Part shown: positions 38,431-52,372 of the stretch, piece by piece | Position numbering within the stretch: position 1 is the stretch's first letter | Layout of the letters: the number at the start of each line of letters is the position of its first letter | Assembly (NCBI GenBank): GCA_965235115.1 | Contig: OZ249450.1 | Span: 21,080,001-21,144,000 of the forward strand | Origin: Laetmonice hystrix | Lineage: Eukaryota | Direction of reading: 5' to 3' | DNA: 64,000 nucleotides | The notes under the pieces: model-generated | What the model was told of the DNA's origin: nothing | Seen by the model: the letters and a program-made list of their open reading frames with translations, nothing else | The model's database searches: none | Translations under genes and position numbers: made by a program

Positions 38431-41229
38431 AGATAGGACTTGATAACACCAGCCAGTGTGTATGGGTCACGTACTGCATACTTATGATGGCTGTCCATGT
38501 GAATGTTTGTACACATACATGGTCAGGTATCTATGGTGAATCAGGCATTGAAATTCTCTCACAGGGTGTGGTGGTTCTGATCTTTGCAACCACTTCTCTA
38601 CCTTGAGATGGTAGTTTACTTTTTAGTAAGTCTCTGGGGAAATCACTTGTTACGCAATATTTGGAATATGAGGAATAATACTGTGAGAGGAACGTTTGTC
38701 TGTTTAGCATTACTTTTAGTATGACATATTAGAGAGAATAAGGGCCCTGTCAACCGATACTAGGCAGGTGACTGCAAGGGACACAAATCTATGCCGTCTC
38801 TCCAACCCCCGCTCACCGTACATCTCCTCAAGGTGAACACAGCTTCTCAATCTCAGTGGTGTCAGCACAAAGAAAAGTCTGATAATTGCAGCCTGGAGTG
38901 GTTCCTCCGTGAGCTGTAACTGTGTAAGCAGGAGCATTGCGTACTCCCCTCCCTGTTTCACCCCCTCCCTGTCTCACCCCCTCCCTGTCTCACCCCCTCC
39001 CTGTCTCACCCCCACCCTCCCACCTCCAACTAGATTTCTAGGACCCTTGTCTGTTATCCATGTGTCCATTGTTGACAAACAGGAAACCCAACCAGGGGTA
39101 AGGTCGGTGTTAATCCTGCCAGCTTGGGTGCACAAAATCCGGGGGTTTGCTTAGTCTGATCCTCTGTTTGCTTTCATTATTGTCTTGGCCAGGACAGCTG
39201 GTGAATGTACCTGCTTTTTGTTTGTCTTACTTGAAGGCTTTGTTCAAATTAGGCTGGAATATTACCTGTAATTCCAGATTACATGATGAAGAGTGGAGTA
39301 TACATGTCTAAATTTAGGAAAATAAATAGGGCAATATTTATGTAATTTCTGCTATTGAAACAATAAGTTAGGGTCACAAACAAAGGCTCAGTAGCCTTTA
39401 TTTTTTTACCTCCCATATAATCTGCTTACAACAAGTTGCATGAATGTTGCAGCTTAGTTAGAAAACCATTTGTATCCAACACACTTATTGAACCCTGACA
39501 GTCCTGTACCAAATTATTCTCAGCCGACCTGCTGTGTCACCTGGTCACTGTACAAAGTGACCTAGATAGCAGAGAGTGGTCACTTAGGCCAGCATGCCAG
39601 CCCATGCAAAACCTGGGATATACATAGATCTTTGACCAGGATACAGAGAGCTACATTCAGGAGTTCCCCAGCTCCACAGGCTAGATTTTGTCTTTGTTAT
39701 AATGTTGCTATCGTTGCCAGTCCTGAGGAGGTGTTGTACAGTCCAAGGGCATGTACATGATGTAGTTTACTTTCATTTGCTGCTTAAGGCCCATTTTCCC
39801 AAATTGATAAATTGATACATGGGTGGACCAGGTCGTAAAGAACCCAGCATAAAAGATTAACCCCCTCCCTTTATTTTCTGGACTATAAAGTTTGCAAAAT
39901 GAGATATGAGTTGCATAAAATTTATTTGCTGTAATAACTGCTGTAATGGCCGTTGTAGCAAGTCTATAACGTATGGTATACTAGCACTGTGTCTAGACAT
40001 AGTAAAAGCAATAAACCATCCCCGCCCAGTAAACTAACCCTGCTTACCTACTGCCCTAGATGGCCAGAGAACAGAGGCTGACTGTTGGTAAATGGTTTGT
40101 CTAACCTGATTAGTTGATGGGTTGTCTAGCTGGGCCTCGCCTTTGCCAACTTTGATGATTCTTTGTTTGCAACGTTTTAAAACGCTTTCAGTTTTGAAGA
40201 TATTGGCATTTAGCTAACTGTAGCTCGTATTGTAATGCAGGCTGGGGTGCTGGTCCCTTGGCTGTCAGAAAAGAATTTAAAGAAAACGTGAATTCCAAAG
40301 TACTGATTTATTTAGCTGCCATCCATGAGTATATCAAAAAGAAGTATAATTATTTATAAAAGAATTTACGTCAGAAGTCAAATATCCCATGAGTCAACAC
40401 TGGTGGAAAAGTAGTTTGACGCTGTTGTTGAGCTGCTTTATTTTGGAACCATAATAATTGTTGATAAAACAATGGTACGTGGACTGGTCCATTGTAGACA
40501 CACTTTATGTTGGTCTCTTTGTCCCGCCACCTAGGCCACAGATAAAACCCAAGTGTTTGGGGACACTTGATTGCAATTTGTACATTTACAATTACAGGCC
40601 ATCGATTGTACTTGCTTAGAAGTTTAATACTTGACATACACAGCGAACAGCTGTATCCTTTTTCTGGTCCAGAGATTAAAAAGTACAGAATTAGAGTTAA
40701 GAATTTAAAAGGCAACACAGGAGGATCTGAGCAAATATTTTCAGTTAAGTAACTTTTAGTTAAAAGTGTCTATGAAGCACCACTTAAAAAGGAATTTAAA
40801 TCTAAATGGACTGGCCTTTAGAATAGCTAGAGTATTTTATGGGAAGGGCTCAGCGACCTGTCATCACAGGGTGATAATATCTTTCTGATGGAAAGTGTTT
40901 TCAAGGAGTGGTGCAGCTGTTTGTAGACTTCTCTTCACCCGTGCTTTTAACCCTCTTAGGTCTTAGTGGTGTTTACTGAACATTTATTGTACATTTTAGA
41001 TATGTTTTTGGTCCTCATTATGACTCATAAAGATTATACTTCAAGATTACAAGCTTGGTTCAAGACAGCATGTCAAAATCTTAGCTTTAGAATCTGAGCT
41101 GAGATAGATTTAAGATGGCTCCAAATAATTGGGCCCAGGATGACGTAATTTTGATCAGTTATATTGAAATTTTATCTAGTATCTCCAGTGAAACCTAACA
41201 ACAGGAGAAACAGGTCACTGTGAGTTTGT

Positions 41230-42780
41230 GGGACGTTTACTAGTCCACATACCCGGGTAGATGTATTGTGTCAGTGGGTACTGTAGATCTGTCAGCAGAA
41301 ACAGTTGTTGTGTCAGTCAGGCTGTCTAATCTTGTCATAGATCTGTAGTCAGTCAGTCCAGAATGGCCGGAGCATAGCTCAGGGCATAGCTGGGAGAAGT
41401 TGGAATAGCAGTAGTTATCAACAATACAGGAGCCCCTTCTCACCAAATGCCTTAGAGTTAGACAGTAATGGATACTGTGTAAGAATTTATCTAAGGTTTT
41501 GAATTTAAGAAAAATAGAAGAGTTGTAGAGAACAGAGAAGTGAGGGAGATGGAGGACATCAGCCAAGTTGTTAGAAGCGGAACAAGTTGAAACGGTACTC
41601 GGATACATTGTTTCCAGTTGCTATCTGTGTGTTGGTACTTTAGTGTTGACTTTTCCGCACTGAATACTTTGTCCCATTCATCCATTGGGACTGAGGTATG
41701 TGTAGGAGGATGTTAATCTATAAAAACGGCATAGCACTCATTTGAACACTTATTGTGAATTTGTTTGGGAAAACCCAGAGTCTAGGCCATACAGGAAGGA
41801 TGAAAGGATGTTTGCTCCAGTTATTTGATGTGCTGTTTCCCTAAAGGATGGTGTCAGGTAGTACAGTTTGAAGACTGCTTGAAGATTGTTGAAGACTTAG
41901 GTTTTACTAATATTGTAATAAACCTCTTGTTGAAGAAGATATTGTTAAAGCGGGCGAGTTATTTGTGGCCAGTAATCCTCGCCCTGGTCCGCATTATTTA
42001 CAGTGCTTTAAATGGTGGGCCATGGTGATATGTGGTTGCCGTTTTGAACATGTACATGGGCCATTATGTTCATATGTTTCAGAGAACGGGTTAGGAATTG
42101 TACTTGTACTTGTAGGGCTAATATGAATAAATTCCAAACAAAATCTGACTTCAGAATCTTGAAGGGAAAATCAGGTGGCCAAATTTGCCCTAAATAACAG
42201 GCTTGTGTAAAGAACATTGGTCACAGATCAGTATACTAGTCATAGAAAGCTCAATGAGTGCCAACAAGCCAGTGACAAACTTGTGTTGATTCTCAATTTG
42301 TTAGCAGGTGAAATGGATTGGTGAGGACATACCCTTAGTAAGTGGCTTAGCACCTGCTTTGTTGTGGATCATACAGTTGACAGGGGGAGACCTACTGCCT
42401 AGAAGTAGGTCACCGAGTTCAATGTGGCCTGGACAGAGCATGTGAGGGCAGTCACATGCTGTATTACATATTGTCATGTATCATATGAGGTGGTAATGTC
42501 AGTGTCGGCCCAGTGTCATGTACAGCGGGAGGAGGTCAAGGGGATGGAAGTGCTCATCGAATTGTCCTGGAGAAAAAAAAAAGCAGCCCAGGAGGGTTTG
42601 TATGCACACCAATGAAATGCTACCTCCTGGAGCCAAGTATGACATCCTAACTTATAGACTAGGAATAAACTATCAGCCAGGACAATGAGGACCTTTACCG
42701 AGCCTCCGCGGCATTCCAGCAATAAACTCTCAGCATCAAGCACAAAATAGGAATTATTATTAAAACCAATTTTGAATGAA
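41230..42780 (-). mobile_element. Decayed LINE (ORF1 remnant and start of ORF2 endonuclease)
   Basis: RSMTRLDSL...TVPTDTIHLPGY resembles the start of the APE domain; KVLIVLADSL further upstream is esterase-like. Confidence 0.35.
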
Positions 42781-43563
42781 TAAGATTGAGAGAGGATCTG
42801 TCAATCCAATCTCAAAGACAGCAAGCAGTGCAAACCGTCCAGAACATTATTCAATCAAATGTCACCTTTTAAACCCCAGTTGCAGCTCCATTTATATAAA
42901 TGTTCCAGGAGACAAACGAGGGATGGCGTGCAGGGCTTGAAATACTTTAAAAATTTTGATTCGCCATAATTACTGAGTTATCTGGTTTGTCAAAGCAGTA
43001 ATAGGCAATATTTTGCGACTCATATGTTACGCAACAGCCTGATTTTCACTCGCAAATTGCGATGCAAACCCGGTTATTTCGAGCCCTGGCGTGGGAATCA
43101 ACCTTTGATAATTGAGCAGGTGTCTGCACTGTCTGGAGATATTCTGATAGGCCCACGACTGGACTGAATGCAAGGACGGCTTTCAAATTTCTGCTCATTC
43201 TACTTTCTAAGGATGAAGGCCACTTTGATGTTTCAGTCTTGGGAGTGCATCGTCGCAGGAAAATGCTGCAAATCTTGTTCTTAAAGTTAAACACAGCAAT
43301 GTAAGAAAATAGTTTAAAGCTCAGGCGGATGGCAGGCTTTAGGCTCAGGTGTGTTCTCAACTGAATAAAACTCCTCTTGATTAAAGATTGAAGTGGAAAA
43401 AACATCAGCACGCATCAGCAGGAGATGAAGTTAAAAGTAAACGGCAGATTGCATGATGACAAGTCATAGCCTTTGTTTAAATTTGATCAGTCATTGAAAG
43501 ATGTTAGGAAGAAAGCGGTAGGAAGCAGAGGATGTCGACATTCACATTCACCTGACAACAGTA

Positions 43564-43905
43564 CTGGGCTTCCTCTTGCCAATAATCTTCTTTAGCCACC
43601 GTGGCTAAACGGGTAACCAAATCCTGTAGCCACATCAGAATTTCTTTAGCCACATTTCCCAACCGAAATAATAATAAATTAATAAAGACAAGGCAACTGA
43701 TACGTGAAATAAACACTTTTTCGTACAACATGGAACATTTTATGTGTAGGTTTAGCGCTCTGATGGCAATAATTTCCTTGCCTTTCTGGGAATTTGTTAT
43801 ATTTGCCAGTGTGGTGAAAATATGGTATTTTTTGCAATATTTTCTTTCGCCATTTTGCTCAGTTTTTCGCCAATGCGAACGTGGCGAATGGCTAGCAGAG
43901 CCCAG
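43564..43905. mobile_element. Possible degenerate hAT-like MITE
   Basis: CTGGGCT...AGCCCAG ends with subterminal TAGCCA/TGGCTA/TGGCGA repeats; no TSD found. Confidence 0.3.
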
Positions 43906-44711
43906 AGCCTGTTATAACGGTAGATAACTCGCTCTTGATGTCAGAACCCGCTCTGTTAGTCGTGGTCAACCCATGGCAGGATTCACGGCTCCTGATTACA
44001 AAGGCTGACTTTCCTGTTGCTAAGATGTTTATGTCAAAAATAGGATCAGTCAGGGAGACATTAGGAGACGACAGTTTCTATCTGAGAGCCTTTTAGCTCT
44101 GAAAGAAATGTTAAAAGTCGCTAAGATGTTCAAAACGTAGTTTGTCTGATGAGTGATGTGGACAGATCTGCATTGGAAATTTATAAACTCATTCATAAAT
44201 TAGTCAGAGAAAAGAGTGAGGTAGATCAGATAACTTGGTCCATGTCGATATTTTAATATCAGTTGACACCATGTTTAATAATTGATACAAGCCATATTTT
44301 TATTACCGTAACATTTAGTTTCAGACAGGTCGCTCATGACCTCATAATGAAAGGGCAAATCATGACAAGTATCGTCTTCATAATGTGAGGAAAAGCAGGA
44401 CCTAATAACTCATCAGGGAGGCCTCCATCTCACAGTAACAGTTCTCTGTGTGCTAGCATTACCAAATAAGGTGGTAGCATCACTTGGTGAGTGGGAGAGC
44501 TGACAGATCTAATGGTATCCCAGGGTCCAGCTTCCAGCGACACGTTGAGAGGACAGGTGACGGGAGGCCGACCTGGAGACCTTCAACGTGACAGTTGACA
44601 TGAGATATTAGACAGTCACTTGACAGTGACACTTAGGGGCTGGGATCTTGACACATCACATGTAGCCTATGGCATGTACGTCACCTGACCCATGGCCTGA
44701 TCGTCCAGTTG

Positions 44712-45372
44712 GAAAGTGTCAGTGTTATGTATACGAGTTTGTTGGTAGGCCCAGGTTCAGACAAGACGATCGGGTAAAGTGTCAGTGTTATGATCTATAC
44801 GAGTTTGTTGGTAGGCCCAGGTTCAGACATGACGATCGGGTAAAGTGTCAGTGTTAGGATCTATACGAGTTTGTTGGTAGGCCCAGGTTCAGACATGACG
44901 ATCGGGTAAAGTGTCAGTGTTATGATCTATACGAGTTTGTTGGTAGGCCCAGGTTCAGACATGACGATCGGGTAAAGTGTCAGTGTTATGATCTATACGA
45001 GTTTGTTGGTAGGCCCAGGTTCCGACATGACGATCAGGTAAAGTGTCAGTGTTATGATCTATACGAGTTTGTTGGTAGGCCCAGGTTCAGACATGACGAT
45101 CAGGTAAAGTGTCAGTGTTATGATCTATACGAGTTTGTTGGTAGGCCCAGGTTCCGACATGACGATCAGGTAAAGTGTCAGTGTTATGATCTATACGAGT
45201 TTGTTGGTAGGCCCAGGTTCCGACATGACGATCAGGTAAAGTGTCAGTGTTATGATCTATACGAGTTTGTTGGTAGGCCCAGGTTCAGACATGACGATCA
45301 GGTAAAGTGTCAGTGTTATGATCTATACGAGTTTGTTGGTAGGCCCAGGTTCAGACATGACGATCAGGTAAA
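44712..45372. repeat. 66-bp minisatellite x10
   Basis: AAAGTGTCAGTGTTATGATCTATACGAGTTTGTTGGTAGGCCCAGGTTCAGACATGACGATCAGGT. Confidence 0.97.
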
Positions 45373-48300
45373 GACACCCAGACTGTCGCCACCATGTACA
45401 TCATACATGTTGACCATATCTCTCACAATCTTGGTGTTGCTAGCTTCACTTGTAATATTTACTCATTGGTAACAGTCCCTGGACTTGTTAATTGTTATCG
45501 GTTATTTTCAAAGAGTAACAGACCCACTGGCCAGGCCTTGCCTATTCTGTTCAATGCACCTCAGTCTGACTCAACATAGTTTTTTTCATGCAGGGGAAAG
45601 AAGGCTCCTCGGAATCAGAAAGATACTGATAGTGCCCTCCACAATTCCTTTCGGCAATGGCAGAATGAAATCTGAGACCACACTAAGGCAAAGTGGAGTT
45701 GTGTAGATCAATACCGTCCTTGACGTGTGCTGGACAGCAGTACCCAGTACCCCCTCAGTAGTATATGAAATGGGAGGTTTGAGACCAGGGAGCGAGAGGT
45801 TCGTCCCTGTTTGAATGCAGACTCTCCCGTTTTGAGGGGGAGACTGTCTTTTCTCTCTTCAGAAAATACTCAGTGACCTGCCATATTCCTTTTCTTAACT
45901 TAAATTCTAGATTAAATGTGTTACACAATAATTTTGCACTTTTTGTAAGTTTGTCAGATGGACTCCTGATGAATTGTGTAAATTTATGGTGTGGCCGAGT
46001 CACCACCGGATGATGAACATGTGTAACTTTGTAGTGTATTTGGTCGGAGCTTTGAAGGTGTGGCGGAAGAGACCAGTAGTTTTTCCCACCAATGTCAGAT
46101 TACGGATGTCCCGCATAGCTTTCCTGACCATAAATTGTACACAGCAAGTTGTGGTTAGCTTCTGCCCTCAAATATGTGTCAGTTCAACCACGTCAACATT
46201 GAGAAAACCGGCGTTGTCATATGACGACAGACGAGCAGTCATTTAAAATTTGTAACCACATTCTGGGTGTGCCCTACATTTGACTTTCACTTACTGGCTA
46301 ATTGGGATCAAAATAAATTACCATCGCACAGAATTCCCTTTGGTTTAAGGCTCTAGCAATTACTTAGTGAAGCGTGACCTAGTACTCTCCAGAATCATGA
46401 TCTAAGTATAATATTCAAAATAATACTCGAAAGAAACGGAACCAAAGAAACCATTTAACCATCAAGTGAGAGACCTTTTTTCCAGAAGCCGTCCGAGTTA
46501 AGCAAAGATGACAAATGTAGCACTAGTTTCAGGGGAGGTCAGAGTGTTTTCTCACGAAACATGAGGTAAGACTGAGGAAGATTGGGAGTGCCAGCCAGCT
46601 ACCCGCCGACTGGGAGGAAGTAGAAACCCGGTCATTGGTTGGGGATCATGGCAGAGGTCGCATAACTCGTGGTGAAGTGAGCTCAGTATCTTACAACCAG
46701 CCACAGGGAAACAAGAGATCAGACATATATCACACACTCCAGTATTGAGTTTCGAGCTGTTGTTAGCTCACCCGTAATGTTATGTCAGGGTGGGTAGCGT
46801 GAGTAAGCCGAGGTTGAGTTGGAGTGGTGTTGGCAGACAGTTTAGATTTTGAGTTGGAGCAGTGTTGGCAGACAGTGCTAACTGTCGTGATGTGATGACA
46901 CTTGGTGCGTATTGTTGACATAGACAGGTGGGTGGTGCTCTACGTACACTTGTAACTGTTTATAATATTGTACCGTATCACGAGTGAGTAGTCAGTAACA
47001 GAGATCAGACAATTTAAAACATTTAGAAACAGTGTTTTCTATGAGTGACACCAAGATTCGGAGTTGGGAGTCCACATATGGTGGATCGAACTGCAGGTTT
47101 GGGAATTTGCATTGCAAGTCATCCTTTTCAGAAGTCACAAGTAGAACCTTATCAGATCTAGAAATTTAAACTTGAAATCACACTGTGTTGGACTTGAACC
47201 TTAAGCAAATGTTTTGTTATGCCACCCTTCATTTTCAGAGGTTCACCATGAAATACGATTGATGAAGCTAATCTTGTGTTTCTGGCATGGCAATTTCCTG
47301 GCACTGAGAACCACATTACAGTTTGAAGGGAAACATTCAGATATGATATTTAACATGAATGATTGGAATTTAAAACATAACTCTACATTCTTCAAGGCTA
47401 GCTCTCTGTCTCCATCAAAATGACATGCAGATAGACCTGTAGACAAAACATGTTTCAATGGGAATCAATTGAGGATCTGCTATTAAATTATATGAGGAAT
47501 GACAAACAATGCCTCTGTCGTGCTGACACTAAACCATAATTTTGCCTCCAGTCTTTCGTCAGGAGGGAAATTAGGAGTTCTTTTTCAGACGGTGTCAAGG
47601 GTAGCCGTGCGGTTGTTTGAAGGACATTTGTCAGTCTTGGCACATAGCGGTAATTGAAATGAATTATTCACACGAGAGCAGCACTCACCGCAGCCAGAAT
47701 AGATCGGAAGATGTGGGGTTCGAGCCTGGTAAATGGTGACGCCGATTTCAAGTCATGCCCTTCGAACTGGTACTCCAGCAAGGGGATCGTCTAAAGAATC
47801 CCCAGACTGTTGTAGCGTCATGCATTTTTGTTAGAATTTTGTAGCGTGAAGTGTCAAGCATTTGACTTGATCTATCGTAAACAAGTTAGAGCAAGTGCAT
47901 GGACTTTGTTGATGTGTCAACCCCTAGCACTAACACCACAAGAGGAGTTGTTTGTTTTGGTCTCTAAATACGCTGTCAGTTCTTGGAAAGGGCCGGGAGT
48001 AACCGTTCTAGCATGGAACACAGTTCAAAGATTTTTTTCTCAGAAATGCGTGACTAAATTTCTGCTGCCCATCCATACACATAATGTGTTTGAATTGGGT
48101 TATCATCCTTTGTAACAAAAAGATTGACCCGTGTCGAGTCTGGTGAGGTTGAGTCACAGACAGCATCGGTAAACTTGTGTAAACAGTTTAGATATGAAAA
48201 GAAATGTCGGCGTGTAAACTGGGTATGCTACTCCTTGTCATTTACCAACATAAACGGGGATCATTTTATGATGAGGGTAGCAAGTGATGAAGGGGCAAAA

Positions 48301-51300
48301 ATTACCTCACCATGACATAGAAAAGTATAACCACAGCCTTAACCACTGAAACGGCTGAGGTTAGCAATGATGAGGCAGGGTTAAATAATCATCAACCAAG
48401 TGGCTACCAGTCGCAATGATAAATCATGAAATGTTGAAGCCTGAGGTCAGATAGCTGGTTTATCCATAAAGTATGAGTAGATCCTTTCTACATTACAAGT
48501 TTCCATGGCAACATCACCACTAGGATGAGCTCAGACAGGATCAAGGTTCCTCACTCAATGCCAGCCTTTCTTGTGTCATTTCTACGAATTCTGACCGATT
48601 GCTCTCGGTCTTTATCATTTTTTTAGCTTTCTTAAATCATTTCGTCCCTTGACGTTTTTTTACCTACTGAACCACCTTGAGAAGTTGAGAGAGTTTTCAT
48701 CCTGATCCAGGATGCCTGGTTACGTACTAGGATCAGAGTACATGCTTCATTGATTGGGTGACTCGCAAAGATTTTGTGCAAAGGTTTGTAACTTTTTTTC
48801 AGCCCTGCCATCTGTTGGTGTCCCTATGTACGTTCCAAGGAAGTTTGATGAAAATAGAAAAATAATTTAATTGACCCAATATAATTCTCTCAGCGTCATA
48901 GAAAATCTTTTGGTAGGCTCCCGATTTGTGGTTAGTACTTATGCAATGCATTTTCTGTCTGTTTAGAATTCTCCGAAGAATTCAAGTTTCTTCGCAGCCA
49001 TCCACAGCGTTTGGCAACATAGGTCAATGCAAGGTGAGTCTAGTACCGAGAAATTGAAATTGGCCGTTCTTGAGATGGTGCCATGTCATATAACATTGAT
49101 CAGTAGTTCTTTCATTGTGTAGCATATCTCACGGACCGTGAATTTCCTTCAAGACGAATGACAGTATTTTGTCAGAATAGTTGCAGGCAGTTCACGTCCA
49201 ACCCCTTTTAATGCTGGCTAGCCAATTTCCTTACAATCTTGTCTTGGCCAGTATGGCGACTGTCATGTTTTGTTGGTGTGGAACAATTCTTGAGAACAGA
49301 AGATCCATTTTTTTTGCCTCTTACCAGAGAGAGACACAGTGATAATGATGCTGATCAGATTTCTTTGATGAGAGTTCGCCACCTGACAGACCACAGAGCC
49401 TGAACGTGGCAACTTGGCCGCCACAACCTGTCGGCCATGTCGAAATAATTGTGACCATTCGCTGACAAGAAAACAGGAGAATATCTTGTGAGAAAATTAC
49501 ACGATGGAAACGTTATAAAAATGGAGAGGTGGGACAGCGACGGCGTGATTATTTGAGAGGCACACGAAGGCAAGTGGCCTGGGTGGTTAGAACTCTCTTG
49601 GCGCAGTTGGCTTCGTTGGTGTGCATCGCCATCATTGTTGGAGCTAATTGTTGCTCCTTAGTGGAACACCTTTTGTGGCTGGCAAATGCCACATCTATTT
49701 AGGTTAGCACTAATAACAGTAAGGAGTTCAACTCGATTCTAACACCGTGGAAGCCATCAGGCTTGAGCAAAGAAGACCTACTCAGAAAGTTTCGTAGATT
49801 TTTTGGCTGGAAAACGAAATATGCAACAAAGTTTAAATATCAAGATCCTGTTGGGTCAGCAGAAATTGAATGTCACAAGTCAGGCCAAAGAGTTAGGTTT
49901 GAGGATGGAGCACGAGGAAGCATGTCACTTATAAATCTCCCAGCAGTAGGCAACAACCTCAACCCCCTTTTAAACGATTTATGTAGCTGTAGGGGGGACA
50001 TGACTCAAGAATGAACAGAAAAAAATTGAACACAATTACTTATTTTCCTCCTCAGTGCCTCTAAGATCTACCCTTGAATAAAGGTTTATGTACATGTCTG
50101 TCCAAAGATTATTATACAACAGCTCCCCGCCCAAAAAAGAAAAAGAAAAAAAAAAAGGTTGAGGGGTAGGTAGGTTAGGATCAGGTTCAAGGCTGAATAG
50201 TGGTTGGTTTAGACTTCTTGCCACCAAATTTTGTGGAGGTTTACCTGTGTTAGTGACCATGTGGGATCTACCTGTTCACCAGCATTGTCATCAGCCTGAC
50301 CAGGCAGCCCGGCTATAACCATTTTATAGAGCGCTCACCTATATAGGCAGAGTGGCCCATTTGATGTCCATGTACGGCGGGGGGAGAGAGAGAAGGGGTG
50401 ACAGCCGTGATACACATGTACGGCGGGGAGGAGGGGTGGGGCGGAATGAGGTGACAGCCGGGAGCAGTACATTTTGTACTTTGAGTTGTGGGCGAGGTGC
50501 CAGTGGCTATAGTTCTAAAACCCGCTGTAATTATGTCCGGGTAACAAAATGCAGAGCTATGCACTTTCCACTCCCACGTTGACAAACAAAGTACTTTATA
50601 GACTCATATGCTTTCCACAACAATCGGATACATAGTCCTGAGTATCTATAAAATCAGTGCAGTTAAAATGGTTTGCAGCGGGCAGGAGTGTCTAATTCTA
50701 ACGTCAACCAATGGGGAGCCAAAGGGGGCTGCCATTCAGGGTAGTGAAGCTTTATGTCCGGATGACCCAATAAGAACAATGGGTGAAAAGCCTCACACCT
50801 GCCGAATGGCGCCAGCGAAGGTAAAATAATTGTATCCAGTTGATAGTTTGGGATCAGACTCTATAATACCCTGAACGAGCGTCGACCAGGTCGGGCGTGT
50901 GATACGTGCAGTACAAATCAAAGGGTCCAATCTGCTCCATAGCCCACAGCTGGGAAGGCAGCATAGGACTTAGTCCCTGTATATACACGACATTGTAAAA
51001 CGTGCAGGTGTGCACGTTTTTTCCAGTTTTGATCACATGGGTGGGGGGCATTTCCAGTAACCTATACTTAGGGGCAAGTTAGCATGACTTTGTACGTGAC
51101 CCGTCCTACCGACGTATAGGAGCGGAAGGGGGGGGGGGGTGGCAGAGGATGAGGGGAGTTCACAAAGTTGACTTCTGAATCTCTTCAACCTCCTGAGGTG
51201 ATGACAGCAGTGCCCGAACTTGCCTGAGGCCGCCTCCTCCTTCTCTGCTCAGATAATGGAAGCATAATGTGGCCAGGTAACACTACGACGTTGTCATAGC

Positions 51301-52059
51301 AACTTGGAAATAACTGTAAACACGTAGGCAAGTAGATGGAAGTTGGGAAGACGCAGTATGTATAGTGGTAAGGTTGGTGGTGTGGGGGAGGGGGAGGGGC
51401 GGGGCAGACTGCAGGTTGTCGGAGCTGAGCTCTCACCCTCCCAGCCTCTCTCGGTCACTCACTCTGCCTCACATCTTGGGAGTCTCTGGCTCAGGGCCAG
51501 CCAGTGTTGGGAATCCCGTCCCTCTGGGATGTGAGGGGAAATATTCTGAACTTGCACAAATGTAGATGATGTATGAGGTGTAGGGGGGAAGACGGTGGCC
51601 GCCGGGAGAGGAGGGGGTACCTCTGGCACACGTGGTAACGTGTTTTGTTGGTGGCTGTCAGTGCAGGTCTGCACGGCTGTGGGTGGGGCATTCAGGCCCC
51701 AGGGACAGACTGGATTCACGGCTAGAAATTGCATCTATAGAGAAATGTTCTGTGGGAGGAGGGGGGGGGGGCACTAAGGAGGACACCTGCTTCTAGGTAA
51801 GGCGGGGTGGTGAGGGGCTGTACATAGCAACTCACCGTCAGTCCATCCATCAACATGCAGGTTTGTGGGGGCCGGTGGGGTGCATGAAAGGTAGAGTTGT
51901 CCTTGGACTGACCCCTGGGTGGTCGGTCGACTGTCCTTGGAAGGTTTTCCTTGTACTTACAGTCAAAAGTTAACTCTTCTAGGAAGGTGTCCTTGCACTT
52001 ACATAGGAGGTTAACATTCCTGGGAGGTTTTCGGTGTACTTTCCATGGAAGATCCTGAG

Positions 52060-52372
52060 AAGGTGTTTACATACTGTGGGAGGTCCACCGTCCTGAGAAG
52101 ATGTCGTTGTACTTACCGTGTGAAGTCCACCGTCCTGAGAAAATGTCATTGTACTTACCCGGGAGGTCCACCGTCCTGAGAAAATGTCATTGTACTTACC
52201 GTGGGAGGTCCACCGTCCTGAGGAAATGTCATTGTACTTACCGTGGGAGGTCCACCGTCCTGAGGAAATGCCATTGTACTTACCGTGAGAGGTCCACCGT
52301 CCTGAGAAGGTGAATGTTGTACTTACCGTGGGAGGTCCACCGTCCTGAGAAGATGTCATTGTACTTACCGTG
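52060..52372. repeat. 42-bp minisatellite x about 7
   Basis: GGGAGGTCCACCGTCCTGAGAAAATGTCATTGTACTTACCGT. Confidence 0.95.

Noticed and set aside
44712-45372. Regular arrays (also 2757-3559, 29506-29796 and 61366-62473) that could be mistaken for CRISPR
   Set aside because: Head-to-tail units with no unique spacers, no cas genes, and a eukaryotic context.
45750-46240. Possible Penelope-like RT remnant on - (VHHPVVTRP..SPSDKL)
   Set aside because: Similarity is too weak to support without a search.
47638-47790. Either a tRNA-SINE head (A box/B box) on + or a 102-nt open exon on - (TIPLLEYQFEGHDLKSASPFTRLEPHIFRSILAA)
   Set aside because: The two readings conflict, box spacing is long, and no partner exons or family were recognised.
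49100-49290. Possible tyrosine-recombinase (Crypton/DIRS) remnant on - (HDSRHTG)
   Set aside because: Only one partial motif, with stops; could be chance.
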